DNA of 62,278 bases, counting the filler, from Choristocarpus tenellus KU-1152 (Eukaryota > Protista > Phaeophyceae): NCBI GenBank assembly GCA_964200185.2. It is 10 parts of 10 records of this genome, joined end to end, with 100 filler letters (N's around TTAATTAATTAA, not from the genome) between each part and the next. Parts side by side here need not be neighbours in the genome. Positions count along the whole stretch, not along the records: positions 9,093 to 20,894 come from CAXNAD020002134.1; positions 20,995 to 25,234 come from CAXNAD020015529.1; 8 more parts are not named here. One strand, written 5' to 3'. The notes below the pieces were generated by a model. It was not told where the DNA came from, did not search any database, and saw only the letters and a program-made list of their open reading frames with translations. Positions 12,338 to 24,007 of the stretch are shown here, piece by piece (the stretch's first letter is position 1; the number at the start of each line of letters is the position of its first letter). The position numbers and the translations under genes are program-made.

Positions 12338-13150
12338 TATGCTGCCACTATGGAGTGGAGCGCGGGGGCATACAAGGGAGAAGTGGGCAGATGGTGGATG
12401 GCGCTGGTGAGCTATGCGGGCGGCTAGGGACTTTATCGCATCCTCCAACCAGTATATCGCATTCCACGACCTCCCACAGCTGATACATCGTTCAAAGAAC
12501 GTGGCGTGTACGAGGAATACGTCAGGCATTGTGAGGCTTTGTAGTTCCTGCTGGGACAGGCCACGAGGAGAGCTGCAGCGATGGTAGTCAGTTCTCACGA
12601 GAATAGTGGCAGCCCCGATGGGAAGGCTGCCTGGTTCGAACTGGAGCAAATTTATGGTGGGCGCGCTACAGTTCAGCAGCCCATGCGGCTCATTGCTCTT
12701 GAAGTGAAGCTGCGAGATATGTAGTGCTTATGCAGAAGAGTATGCAAAAGAGAGCTACTCTGATAGATTATTTTGCTTTTGTGGTATGGATTTGTTTATT
12801 AGCGGAGTGAGCACTATCCTCAAGGTGGGGGGTGGTGCTCTCGCTTGTTATCTAATTCATTTGTCATCAAACACGTCAGAAATATGCTTAAACATGTTTT
12901 TGACAGTTACACTACGTCAGTCGCATGTAAGTTCAAGTTACATTACTTCATTCACTTTTACACTATAAACCATATAGACTACTAGTCAATATTGCACACT
13001 GCTCGTCAGTGGAGGACGCTAAGGAGGATCATGCCAAAATAGGGGCTTTAATCATAGGCATCAGAGAGAGCATGCCACAGGTTTTCGCACAGCTGTCAAC
13101 AACTCCAAATCTCACATATGATCAACTGAAGGATGCGGATGCGAAAACCT
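12338..13150 (+). pseudogene. Copia gag pseudogene interrupted by an inverted LTR copy
   Basis: GLYRILQ...EYVRHCEAL*FLLGQATRRAAAMVV...DGKAAWFELEQIYGG...LEVKLRDM, then after the insert KEDHAKIGALIIGIRESMPQVFAQLSTTPNLTYDQLK. Confidence 0.75.
12741..12998 (-). mobile_element. LTR family F copy, inverted, inside gag
   Basis: Reverse-complement similarity to 11965-12301 (GCAAAAGAGAGCTA..., ATGGATTT.TTTATTAGCGG.GTGAGCAC, ...TATTGCACA). Confidence 0.8.
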
Positions 13151-14004
13151 GTGGCATGCTCTCTCTGATGCCTATGATTGAAGTCCCTATTTTGGCATGA
13201 TCCTCCTTAGCGGCCTCCAGCTGCTTGAATTCTGTCCAGACTACTACACAACATTCCTTACAAAAAGTAAACTACCTTCCTGTAAGTGCAAACATAGAAT
13301 AAATCGAGACTATGAAATAATGAAAACCCACTGTAGACACACCATACCTATCACATCACACAAGAAGAAGAGAATCTTTGTACCCCAAGCACTGTCAACA
13401 ATTTGAACAACATGTAATGACTTCCCCTTAAAATGTGTGTGAAAGCAGCAACAAATACATCCCCTCCCTCCATCTTCACATGAATAAAATAGGGGGAATT
13501 GGTGCAATGTCTAGTCTTCACCCGTAGCACAAAATCTTATCGTAGTAATCTGGAGTACTTGATAATTTTTTCTGGAGTCAGTATTATTGATCCTATACTT
13601 CATCACTTTCTGATGGAGTCCAATCGATACTATTTTTCTTAACACATTCCTTTTAACCAATATTCTAGCAGTACCAAGCTACCAAGCTAGCTCATAGAAG
13701 CGTGCCTGCCACTTCAGCTTGTTTCACAGGGGAAAAATATACCGGAACAGACTTGGTGCCTGTGACCTAGAGACACAAAACAACCTATTAATATCTGCCC
13801 TGCTCTGTATGGATTTACACCAACCTTCCTGGGGTATGCTACTTCCAGGTTAACTTACCCTGGTAACCAAAGTGAGATTAACAATGAAGCACCTGAAGCA
13901 CTGTGAATCGGTTCCTCTCCATCTTTCCAACAGGAATATGGGATATCACCCGGCAATTATTTGTTGGAAGGATTGTTTGTAGTCCAAGCAATCTGATAGC
14001 ACAT

Positions 14005-14183
14005 GCCTCGAAGTGTCTGGGGGGAGGGGGGCGTCTACACCAGGGTGTCCATTCGGGGCCTGACCAGGAGAAGTGCACTTATATTATCCATCCAACACAC
14101 GCAACCAAATCACCCAAAAATCGCGACATGGAAAAATGGGCCCCGAGTGGACAGTTGCCATCCCCCCCCAGATACTTTGAGCC
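14005..14183 (+). mobile_element. MITE family B, full copy
   Basis: GCCTCGAAGTGTCTGGGGG...CCCCCAGATACTTTGAGCC; internal CAGGGTGTCCATT and GCAACCAAATCACCCAAAAA shared with other copies. Confidence 0.85.
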
Positions 14184-14775
14184 TCATTGTTAATCACCCA
14201 TCTGTATCAGGAACGAACTCAGAAAAATAAGGCATCAGCTTTTACTATGTTACAGTGGGCTGGGCAGTGGATAAATTTTTGTACATGCATATCTTAAAGG
14301 TATAGGTTGAAGGTATAGGGTCTAGAGGTGAGGACTAACATATTCATGAGAAGTGTATACATATCTCAAAGAGAGAGAGAGAGAGTTATGAATAGAAATT
14401 GTAACCTGGATAATTTTAAAACACATATCTCAGGGCAAATATATATATATATATATATATTTATGCACTCCTTATCATTAATTGGTACTACAGGAAAGAC
14501 CCTGTAGAATAATCCAAGAGTTACCACTGTACCAGTATACTTGATTATTCCAAGAACAAATAGTACCACAATGTTGCAGTGATGGAGAAAGCCGTTGAAA
14601 GCTACAGATATGTATGCAAACCCTTGAGGGATCATTTCCCACATCCTCTCTGGCATCCTCCTCATTTTCATAACAGTAGTGTACATTCATGTTATGGTCA
14701 TCAATTCCTCACCAGGTCTAACACAAAAAAGAATCTTCTACAAGTAAATGAGAAAATGACACTTAGCAATGCACC

Positions 14776-14870
14776 CTTTCCAATCCAAATATTGGATGAA
14801 CTGGGAGAAGGTGAGTTTTGACAAATCTGGAATGTAACTCACAAAGCCACTAGAGCAATTTTTGGCATGT
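14776..14870 (+). pseudogene. Protein-kinase N-lobe fragment with in-frame stop
   Basis: FPIQILDELGEGEF*QIWNVTHKATRAIFGM matches LGxGxFGxVxxVxHKxTxxxFAMK with the last glycine codon as TGA. Confidence 0.5.
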
Positions 14871-17259
14871 CCATGACAGATAGAGCTGGTTCAAATGAGT
14901 ACTATGATTTGGAATGAGGAGGAGTTGATTCCTGTGACTTGTCATGGTGGGGTGAACCCACTTTGGTGTATCAAGCGTTTTGTACATGGGTAATTAGGAA
15001 CTGTCAAATAAAAACCCTGGTGACATTACCGCAGAGCTGGCAAGCATTGTACAAGTATCACAAATTATTTAGTCTAGTACATCCTAGTATTGGCAACAAC
15101 TACGTGATGTCTACTTACAACTCCCTACCATGAAGGTAAATGCCACTGGAAGACTGTTCCTGTGTACAGAGACCATTCTCGCTGCTATATATATCATGGA
15201 TGTGTACATAAAGTTCTATTGAGACATCACCTGCAATTGATCCTTGGATATCAGCAGTTACATAGATCAGCAGCTACTGGATTGGCGAGATCCTCTTCCT
15301 TGCCATCCCATCCCCATCACACAGGGCAGTGCACATGTTCATATCTTGGGAGTACAGTGAGATGCAAAGGCATCCTCTCATGTGAAACAAAACTTCAATT
15401 GTGCAAGAAAACATTGGGGCCGTGTGAACTGCTATCAGCGTGTGAGAGCTTGTTCCAGGCCATCGCCCAAAGGTAAAACATCCATGACTGCATTTTTTTC
15501 TCTGCTCCTCACCAAGTAGAACGACTGGGTGATGAGAACATGGACGTGACACACAGTTTTACCATCCCGCCCATTAGACAACAAAGGTTGGGGGCGGTGA
15601 AGACATTGATCTTCTGCATCTCACGACAGCCTACACCTTGTTCATTTACAGCCTACATCAGTACTCTCATAGACACAACACACCACGCCTGCTTGGCTTT
15701 CCTAGTGTACCTACGAGTCCTCATCTTCCGCCTCTTCAAACTGAAATGCCAGCTTCTCATCCCACCAAGCTTGTCGTTCTTCCCCTTCCAGTGAACCCTC
15801 TAGCTTTGCAGAGTGTACCTAGAGTAATGATGAAGGTAGTTCAAAGATGGAAAGGAGGTATATGAGGGAAATATCCATGTTGAGAATCGGCATGGTTTAG
15901 GTGCTAATGAAAGATGGACCAAGGAAGGGTCACCTCCTATGAATGATATGCAACTGGTAGGTACACAAGAATACATGGTAGGAGTATCACCCAGGGTATG
16001 GATGCACTGTGCTCACATTTCTGACCGGCCTTAGATGTTGACAAAGTTGTTAGGGTTAGGGATAACAATCGATATGGGCATGCTATGGGGGAGGACCAGC
16101 GCGTAGTGGTACAGAAAATCTGAAGGATAAGTAGTGAATACATCACCAATGATCAAATATTACAAATTGGGCATTATGAAATTGTTCGGGGGTGAATTCT
16201 CACTTTGCGGATTGTACTAAACACCACAACGGTACAAAATCAGTCAGAGACTATGACTGCATAGGATTGGCCATGAACGGCAAAAAAGGAAAAAAGTGGA
16301 ATGTTTGTATCACCTGCTTATCCCGACTGTACCACAGAGAGTGGACGCTTTCTCCCTCTAGGCAGGGAAGGGCGGTACGGTCCTGTTGCCAATCACAGGG
16401 GTCGAGACACGTATTTTTGAAGTGATCAACTACAGCAATCAAAATGTAGCATTTACACTTTTAAAAAACGTTGTGGTAATGTCAAGGCCACTAAGCTACA
16501 AATCGGCACCCCCACCATGCCAAATTGTTATACGTTTCCTGCCAATGCGACTCACCGATACGTTGATCGGAGGGCCGTTCGCCAACATCCTCCTTTGCTC
16601 AGCCTGCAAGATATTCAAGGAACGAATCAGGGATCATACCTAGTAAGTTGCTCAGCAATCATAGGGAATATGCCAGAGATTGATCGTTAGATTATTTCTA
16701 GATAAAAACATGGAACAACCGCCAGGCGCCCCGCACCTTACATGTCGTCTTGGCAAGGCCATCCACGTATTGCTTCCACTGAAGCTTCAAGAGAACCTCT
16801 ATGCACCCTTCACAAAAAAGAGCTGCCTTCCAGGCATTGCCTTGCCGAAGGATTTTATCACAAAGGGATTTAGTAGATTAGTAATTCATTCATGGTTACC
16901 TCATGGATGATGCGAGGGGTCAAGTGCGTCCACAGTATCCAGAAAACCTCGTCATATCTGATTTTCCTCACCCTCTCCAGTCCGATACTCTACGTAATTC
17001 TCAGAGTTGATATCTTCCATGCAGCACATGCATTCCATATCTTCAACGGGCATGCCATGTCCACCCATCCTTCCGCGTCTTGCTCCCCCTTTTGTCCGTC
17101 GGTTCAATGAAGAAGAGACGCAAGAATGGGCAATAACACAAGTTGAGAAGTTTAAGAACTTATATCATAACGCCTTCGTACATTTTAGATTTTTCTTATT
17201 GAGTGAAGAGGTAATTCTCATGTAAGTAGGTTGAGGTTGTTCTGATCAAATCCGGCAGG

Positions 17260-20200
17260 ATGTATCAGCCACCGATAGTTAACTTCCCTGTCTTCTCGGT
17301 GGCATGGGCATCTACCACAAATGAAGAAGGAAAAACCTCGCCGGCTGTGGCTGCCGTGGGTGGTGGCGGCGCCGGCAAGACTGGTGTTGGCAACAAAATT
17401 GTAAGGTTCTACTTAGTATTTTGTCTTCACTGAGCAATAGATAGTGTTTCATTGCAGAACTATAACCGATAGACTGCGTCCTTAAACCTTCATGTTTGAC
17501 TCTCCGTCGCCTCTCACCCATCAACAGTCCTTGATTACGATAAAGGGAGGGTCTGAGCCCCTCAGCCACGTCATCGAACGCGAGCTGGAGACATCGCCAG
17601 ATACATCCAACTGCGTGACAGCGAATGAATCTGGTCAGCTAGTGGCGGCGGCATTCGGAAAATCTTCTCGCATCTATGCAAATGCACCTTCTGGACTTCA
17701 TAAGCTCGCTGAATTCGAGGTCAGAAACCTTTCTCGACCAAACACCCATGACTATTCCTGTTGTTCTTGGAAGGGGTATTCAGTGAAGAAGCTAGTGGTG
17801 CTATTGCTTCGAAATCCAAAAGAATACGCGATTCAGAAAGCGAAAAACATTGATCCTATCTATCTCCCCTCAATACTCTAAGACCAAGTTTGGATCATGG
17901 AAGAACATTTCCAGGGTCATGTTCATACACCTGGGAGTGAAGTTGCCTTATCAGTATTTTCCATGGGGTAGCACACCGAAGGTGATCACCTGGACGGTAG
18001 AACATGGCTCCACACGGATGAATCTTCATCAGGGAAGAAATGAACCGAAAGTTGACTACGTTCAACCACGAGTTACCATGGTTGCACTATCAATTCCGTG
18101 TCTCAGGAAATTTGGTGCAAATTGGGGACCTGTGGCCTACTTTTCATTAGAGACTTAGTTATCGCTCAATTTTCTCTCATCCTAGCTAGTATCACTCCAG
18201 TACTTGGAAATTGCGTTGCTCTATTTGCTAATTTCGTACCCTAGCAAAGTACAACAAAAAGTATGCTGCTGACAGTGCTCATGCAATCACCTGGGTGACG
18301 TCAGCAATCACGAGACATGGATCCAACAATTGCATGCTTCCTACTTATGCTACTGATATGTTGAAACTGGAAGTGTCAAAAGGTAACTGTGAGTGGTTTA
18401 TGCATACTGTAGTGTGCAACAGATCAGGCATGAAGCCCAAGATGGCAGGGTTCTGCAAGCATTACATTGGCGACATTCTGTCCCTGTTCTATTGTATAGT
18501 TCCTGTATAGCAATGTTGTGTTCCTGATCAACCAAAAAGCTTTTCTATTAAGGACTTACCGCTTGAGGTATGTCTTACAAGCATGACAGGAGAAAGGATG
18601 GTGCTTGCCTGCAAAGGATGGTTTGCATATACCAAGCTCTTTGGTCACACTATTCTCCGCCTCTCATGACACCAAACTACATCACGTTTGGGTTGCTTCT
18701 GGGTCAAATGTTGTTCTTGTAAATTGAGAATGTAAGTCTTCTTGACTGATGTCAAGGATAACCTTCCAATACCAAATAAAAGGACTGTAATTAGTATCAA
18801 GTCTCAGTCCATACTATTGGTGGGTAAAATGGAAGTGTTGCCACTAGCACTAACACTCATTACGCCATTGGAGTAAAGCCAGCAATGATAACAATAATAA
18901 GACCATCGGAGGAAAGGAAGTAATTATACTATGATGCTAGTAATAGGATTAGGGCTGAGAGAGGTTCCAGAGCAAAGGCATCCTTTTTGGCTAAAGGTGT
19001 TGTATATTTTGATGGGTCATTTGTGTTTTGTGTTTTCCTTGCTTTCCATGTGGTATCACACATCTCTTACTCTTTGCCAGCCTTCATTTACACTGACTCT
19101 ATTTGGCGGCTAAGGCAGCTGTAACTATCCATTTTTGTAACTATCTTCTGTCTTACTTCTATGTTCCATAACCTAGAAACTGTCAAACAGCTTTGAATAC
19201 GCTGTGCATGAATGGGGTCCCAATGCCTTTGCTTACTGACTTAAAAAGGCTGATATCATCCAGGTAGATGAAGCAACAAAGGATAGTGGAATCAACTCTA
19301 TGGCCTTTGCAAACAGCAAGGGCGACTCCGGGGAGTTACTTGCCACAGGGGGAGAGGACGGCTCTCTGAGAGTATGGCAGCTAAGTGCAAGTGAGGATGT
19401 CAAAGGTAAGCTCCTCGTGCATAAGTTGGTGCCTTTGAGGGGGAAATTTTTATGTTGTGCTATAGAAAAGACTGCAGGTGCATCAGGGAATCGGGAACAC
19501 ACACACTCTCTCTGAGCAGTATATATATATATATATATATATAAATATTTTTGTATATATATGGTTAGGGTTAGGGTTAGGGTATATATATTTGCGTCCC
19601 GTATTTTGGATTGCTCAAAGGAAAATATTATTTTTTTTGCAATGGTAGACCGTGCTCTCTTTTTTTCCTCGGTATTTTTTTTTTTTTTCCAATTGTTTTT
19701 ACTTTTTTTTAACCTGCTTTCAAAGGATTATTTTGGATGGTAATGCGCTAGAGCTCTAGAGGGGAAGGCGTGCCATGCTGTATATGTTGTTCTACATGTT
19801 CATGTTTTTGGCGGTTGAGGCTTGGCTCTCGAGATGGTGATGTCTTCACTCTCATGCGGTGTTAGTTTGTAAGGGTTAGGGCACATCAATCAGCACATCT
19901 TCGGCATGGCCTGTGATTGACGATTGTCAGAGCAAGGTAGAAATTTCTCAAACAATGTTGAACTTTTTTTTATCTAAGAAGTTACTGCTCATAGAGTCGG
20001 TTTTCCTCTTTTTGTCACCAAGGATATATATATATATATATAACCAAAATCCATGAGGATGACTGCATACGCCATGGGTCATGTCAAAGTATCTTTAATG
20101 CCGTTACTAAGGCAAATATGTATGTATGTATCTGTTACACTGTAGGCAGCGTACGTGAAACTGTTACACTTGATTTGATCGATATTAATGGACACTGGTA

Positions 20201-20813
20201 CAGAAGTGCTACCAGTGACATATTTCTTCAATGGGGGAATGTAACACAGTCGGTGATATCAACTACAGCTCTGCTCTGCTGTTCATTCATTACCTGTGAC
20301 CTTTATCGGTTAGAGTGCCATTACCGTATTGTTCATTCACCTACCTCTCTGTCGGGTTGTGTCAACTGGATTATTCAAGGCCTAGGCCTTCAATATATAT
20401 ATATATATTGCAAATGATATGATATTGTGAAGAGGAGAAGAAACGCCTCTGAACAGGTCTCCTAACCTTCGGAGCTCGATTTTCTTATCCCCTAACCTTC
20501 AGAGTTCGGGCCTATGGCACCTACGTACTCTGTTTATGTTGACACAGGGGGTGGGGTGAGAATGCACCTTGACTTAATTTTTATTGGCTTTTCGATATTT
20601 CTGTTTATACGTTTGGTGCGGAGAGTCAGAGTCTGATGAAGGAGAAGAAGGGGAGGCAACTGCCGATGGGGACGCCAAACCTCCTCAGACTGGCTCTTTG
20701 AAGGCTACCATGCTTCGTGTCTGCAAGGGTCACACCAAGCCCATCACCTGCGTCCGGTTCCATCCCACATTTCAACGGGTCATTGTCACCTCTTCTAAGG
20801 ATGGCACCTGCAG
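17260..20813 (+). CDS. SEC12: SEC12/PREB-like WD40 Sar1 GEF, 5' part (exons about 17260-17400, 17528-17719, 19249-19405, 20630-20813; truncated by contig end)
   Basis: Exon 1 FPVFSVAW...GGGGAGKTGVGNKI is the Sec12 K-loop GGGGxxxxGxxN; WD40 motifs LATGGEDGSLRVW and GHTKPITCVRFHP...TSSKDGTC; GT-AG sites give consistent phases. Confidence 0.88.
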
Positions 20814-20993
20814 GTGTCCTAGGAGAACCCTGGCTCCTACCCCCCCCCCCCCCCTTCCACTATTGCTCCGGCTTTTCGTCTAGAAGGCGCGGATNNNNNN
20901 NNNNNNNNNNNNNNNNNNNNNNNNNNNNNNNNNNNNNNTTAATTAATTAANNNNNNNNNNNNNNNNNNNNNNNNNNNNNNNNNNNNNNNNNNN

Positions 20994-21135
20994 NGAGGAT
21001 GGGTTTGACCCATACTTGGTGCACGGAAAGTGCCCATATGTTTTTTTTGGTAAATGTTGCGGCACTTTTTAAGGGCCCCTTTTTGAATGGGAATCCACGC
21101 TGAAGGTGGTAGTAGGATAGTGTGTGGGGGGCAGC
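20994..21135 (+). repeat. Dispersed repeat family D at contig start
   Basis: Reverse-complement match to 45136-45275 (GTGC.CGGAAAGTGCCCATATGTTT...GAAGGTGGTAGTAGGA). Confidence 0.9.
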
Positions 21136-21380
21136 AATGATTTCGTTTGATCGTTGTGCACATGTATGCTCTGTGTTGGATTGCTTGCTTGAATAATTAG
21201 TGTGGTCGGTGGGATCGTTTGACTATCATGGTGGAGGTGGTAGAAAAAAATAGTACTTCGAAGTGGTTTCGTTCGGGGTGGCGTTTCATCGTCATTATGG
21301 ATGGTTGACTTACTGAGAAGAAGAAGTGTTATTTTCCCATATTATCAAATTGTTTATCAAATATTGCTATCGTCGCCAAG

Positions 21381-21642
21381 GAGCCAAAGTATGTTAGAGG
21401 GTACAGCCGCGTCCATTTGGGGGCCAAAGTCCAATGTTGCACTTTTGATGTAATTTTGGCTATTGTGTGTGTTTAGGAAGTGTTAATGTCGATATTCTGG
21501 ACACACCTTCTAATAAGATACACATTTTACATACTCCAAAATATATTTTGGAGTAGGAAAATGTCATTAAAAAACCCATGGGAAGCCAAGACCCAAATGG
21601 ACAAACAGGGCAAAACTCATACCCTCTAAAATACTTTCACAC
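21381..21642 (+). mobile_element. MITE family A, copy 2
   Basis: GAGCCAAAGTATG...AATACTTTCACAC; left flank AAG, right flank CAAG. Confidence 0.9.
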
Positions 21643-21653
21643 CAAGTAGAAGA

Positions 21654-21832
21654 AGAAGCTACCACTGAGGGCATATAGGTATTGACCTTATATGATGATC
21701 GACCTCTTTTTACGAATATTTCGGTCGTGCCCGAGATAACGTTTGTTGCGATCTGCACCCCCCCCCCCACCCTGTCAGATACGCCGATCTACATTTATCT
21801 ATTTTCTCGGGCAAGTTGTTGGACTTGTCACG
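21654..21832 (-). repeat. Inverted copy of 24258-24438 (coding-like segment)
   Basis: Both read NLPEKIDKCRSAYL.G.GGG..I.TN.ISGT.EIF..RG.SSY..NTYM.SVVAS, with a frame slip in the poly-G of this copy. Confidence 0.9.
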
Positions 21833-21914
21833 GTGTTTTCGGGCAACAGGGTGTCTTGGGCAGTGAGAAGGTCTAAGAGTGATTAGATTCGAAGGCGGGC
21901 CTGACCGGCGAATG

Positions 21915-23450
21915 AACTTTGTTTGAGCTCCGGGCGATCCATGGGACCACACTGAGATCCAGGATCCGGAAATCCGTGGATTACGGTTTTCGGAAGTTGT
22001 AATTCCGATTATATCTTTGCAAATGAGAGCTACTCAATGTGGTGCTCTCTCTTAATATCTTATTGTTTATTGCATATGTCAGCTGACACATCAGCTGACA
22101 ACACATCAAAACGTGTTCTGCCGTTAGGTGGTGGGGGGGTGCTCTTATTATCTTGTTGTTTATTGCATATGTCAGCTAACACATCAGCTGACAACACATC
22201 AAAACGCGTTCTGCCGTTTGGTGGTGGTGGGGGGTGCTCTCTCTTATTATCTTGTTGTTTATTGCATATGTCAGCTGACACATCAGCTGACAACACATCT
22301 AAACGTTTCCTGCCGTTACATCATACTATATCATTTATCCTGTATAGCTAGTACTATGTCAGTAACCCTCAATCAGTCCATTCAAATTAAGTAATATGAA
22401 ATCAATCGTCTGAAATTCGATCGTATTACTCTAAGCACAAGAGAACAAGTCAATCACGCTTGTTCCACTTAGTCAACATTCCTCTTGTATAATGACGGTC
22501 ACTAAACACCTATAAACAATATAGACTACCAGCCTATATTGCACAATATCCATACTTAAATTTTATTAAAATACAAAGCACATATTTAATTGATCTTGTA
22601 CGTTTCCAACGTTCCGAAACCGACTTTGTTTGAGCTCCGGGCGATCCGTGGGACTACCCTGAGATCCATGATCCTGAAAATCCGTGTTTTGAGTTTTTCG
22701 GAAGTTGTAAATCCGATTATATCCGTACTTACATTTTTTTTAAATACAAAGCACATACTTAATTGATCTTGTACGTTTCCAATGTTCCGAAACCAAAAGG
22801 TAAAAAAAAACTGGCACCCTCTAATTTTTTGAAGTACAAAATCTTAAATTGTTGGACATTTGGATTCTTAAAAATACTAGGGACGACAAAAAGGGGTTCT
22901 TTGGGCCCCGTTTACCCTTGAACACCCAAAACACGTGCGTTAGTATTTTTATAAATGGTAAATCCAGTAATAACCGTTCTTACTATTTTTGAAATTACTA
23001 AGCACGCACTTTGTGGGTCTCACACGTTTCCAATTTTCAGAAACTAAAAGGTCACTTCGAACTGGTACCCACAATTTATTTAAATACTAAAACCGCTTTT
23101 TGGCGACTTTAGCATTTAAAAAAATACTAGAGACGACAAAAAAGCGGATCTTGAGTTTTAAAGATCCGATCTGATCCGATATACCCCTGAACACCCAAAA
23201 CACGTGCGTTAGGGTTTTTACGAAATAATAATAATATTCTAATCTTTACATCAACAAATACAATTACAAACCACATCCTTCATTTACCCAATACGTTTGA
23301 AACGTACGAAACGAAAAGGTCACAAAAATTGTTACTCTATGTCTCTTTCCAATATGAAATCGTATGCTGTTCGATATTCGTATTTTTTATAACACAACTG
23401 TCAAGGGAAAGACAAATCTGAGTTTTGAGGACCGAATGATCAGATGAAAT
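21915..23450. repeat. Array of degenerate direct repeats upstream of the ParB-like ORF
   Basis: ACTTTGTTTGAGCTCCGGGCGATCC at about 21917 and 22623; CGTTTCCAA....C.GAAAC-like motif at about 22601, 22774, 23025, 23294; GAACACCCAAAACACGTGCGTTAG at about 22920 and 23189. Confidence 0.85.
22016..22545 (-). mobile_element. Solo LTR (family F) with 5-bp TSD ATATC and an internal tandem expansion (about 95 bp x 3)
   Basis: ATATC|TTTGCAAATGAGAGCTA...TATATTGCACA|ATATC; the neighbouring repeat unit (about 22712-22730) shows the empty site CCGATTATATCCGTACTT. Confidence 0.88.
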
Positions 23451-23560
23451 AAAGCAGCACCTCCCATCCCTCAGTCCTCATTTCAATTCATTCCCTTCAG
23501 TACATACCACGCGCACACCTGTTATTTATCGATCCCCGTCTCACCCTCCCAACCTTCGCC

Positions 23561-24007
23561 ATGTCCAGCATTCGATCAACAACAACCCACCCGCCCGCCG
23601 ATTGCGCTGCCCACGGATCGAGAACGTGGGACAGCGATCTGAAGAGCATGTCCTTGCTCCTAGAACATCACTACCTCGGTACATACCGGATGAAACTCGG
23701 CAACACCACATGCACGGAGATGGTGCGTCCACTGAGCAAGCGTGGCCTTGCGCGCGTCAGCAAGTCTATCCACAAGAAAGGCTGGCTGGAACAGTTTGCT
23801 CCATCTGTGGTAATCCAACGAGACTGCTTAGGTAATGGGGACCAGCTCACCGCCGAAACCGTGCTTGCCATTCAAGGATGTACACTGAACGGAAACCATA
23901 CAATAACGGTGCTGAAGAGAGAGTTTGATCCCGAACGCTCTTTCATGATGCGGGTCTACATGGAGTTCAACCAAGCAGAAGAGAGGCAAATTGCCAACGG
24001 TGGGTGA
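23561..24007 (+). CDS. ParB/Sulfiredoxin-fold-like protein, N-terminal exon, probably degenerate and element-encoded
   Basis: VRPLSKRGLARVSKSIHKKGW..FAPSVV...TLNGNHTITVLK...MRVY..F..AEERQIAN follows the ParB-N pattern (R...gl..l..si...G....pi.V...idGnHR..al); possible donor G|GTGGGT at 24000. Confidence 0.6.
   Translation: MSSIRSTTTHPPADCAAHGSRTWDSDLKSMSLLLEHHYLGTYRMKLGNTTCTEMVRPLSKRGLARVSKSIHKKGWLEQFAPSVVIQRDCLGNGDQLTAETVLAIQGCTLNGNHTITVLKREFDPERSFMMRVYMEFNQAEERQIANGG

Noticed and set aside
12059-12649. 196-aa minus-strand ORF
   Set aside because: Antisense to the Copia gag and runs through the LTR; a shadow frame.
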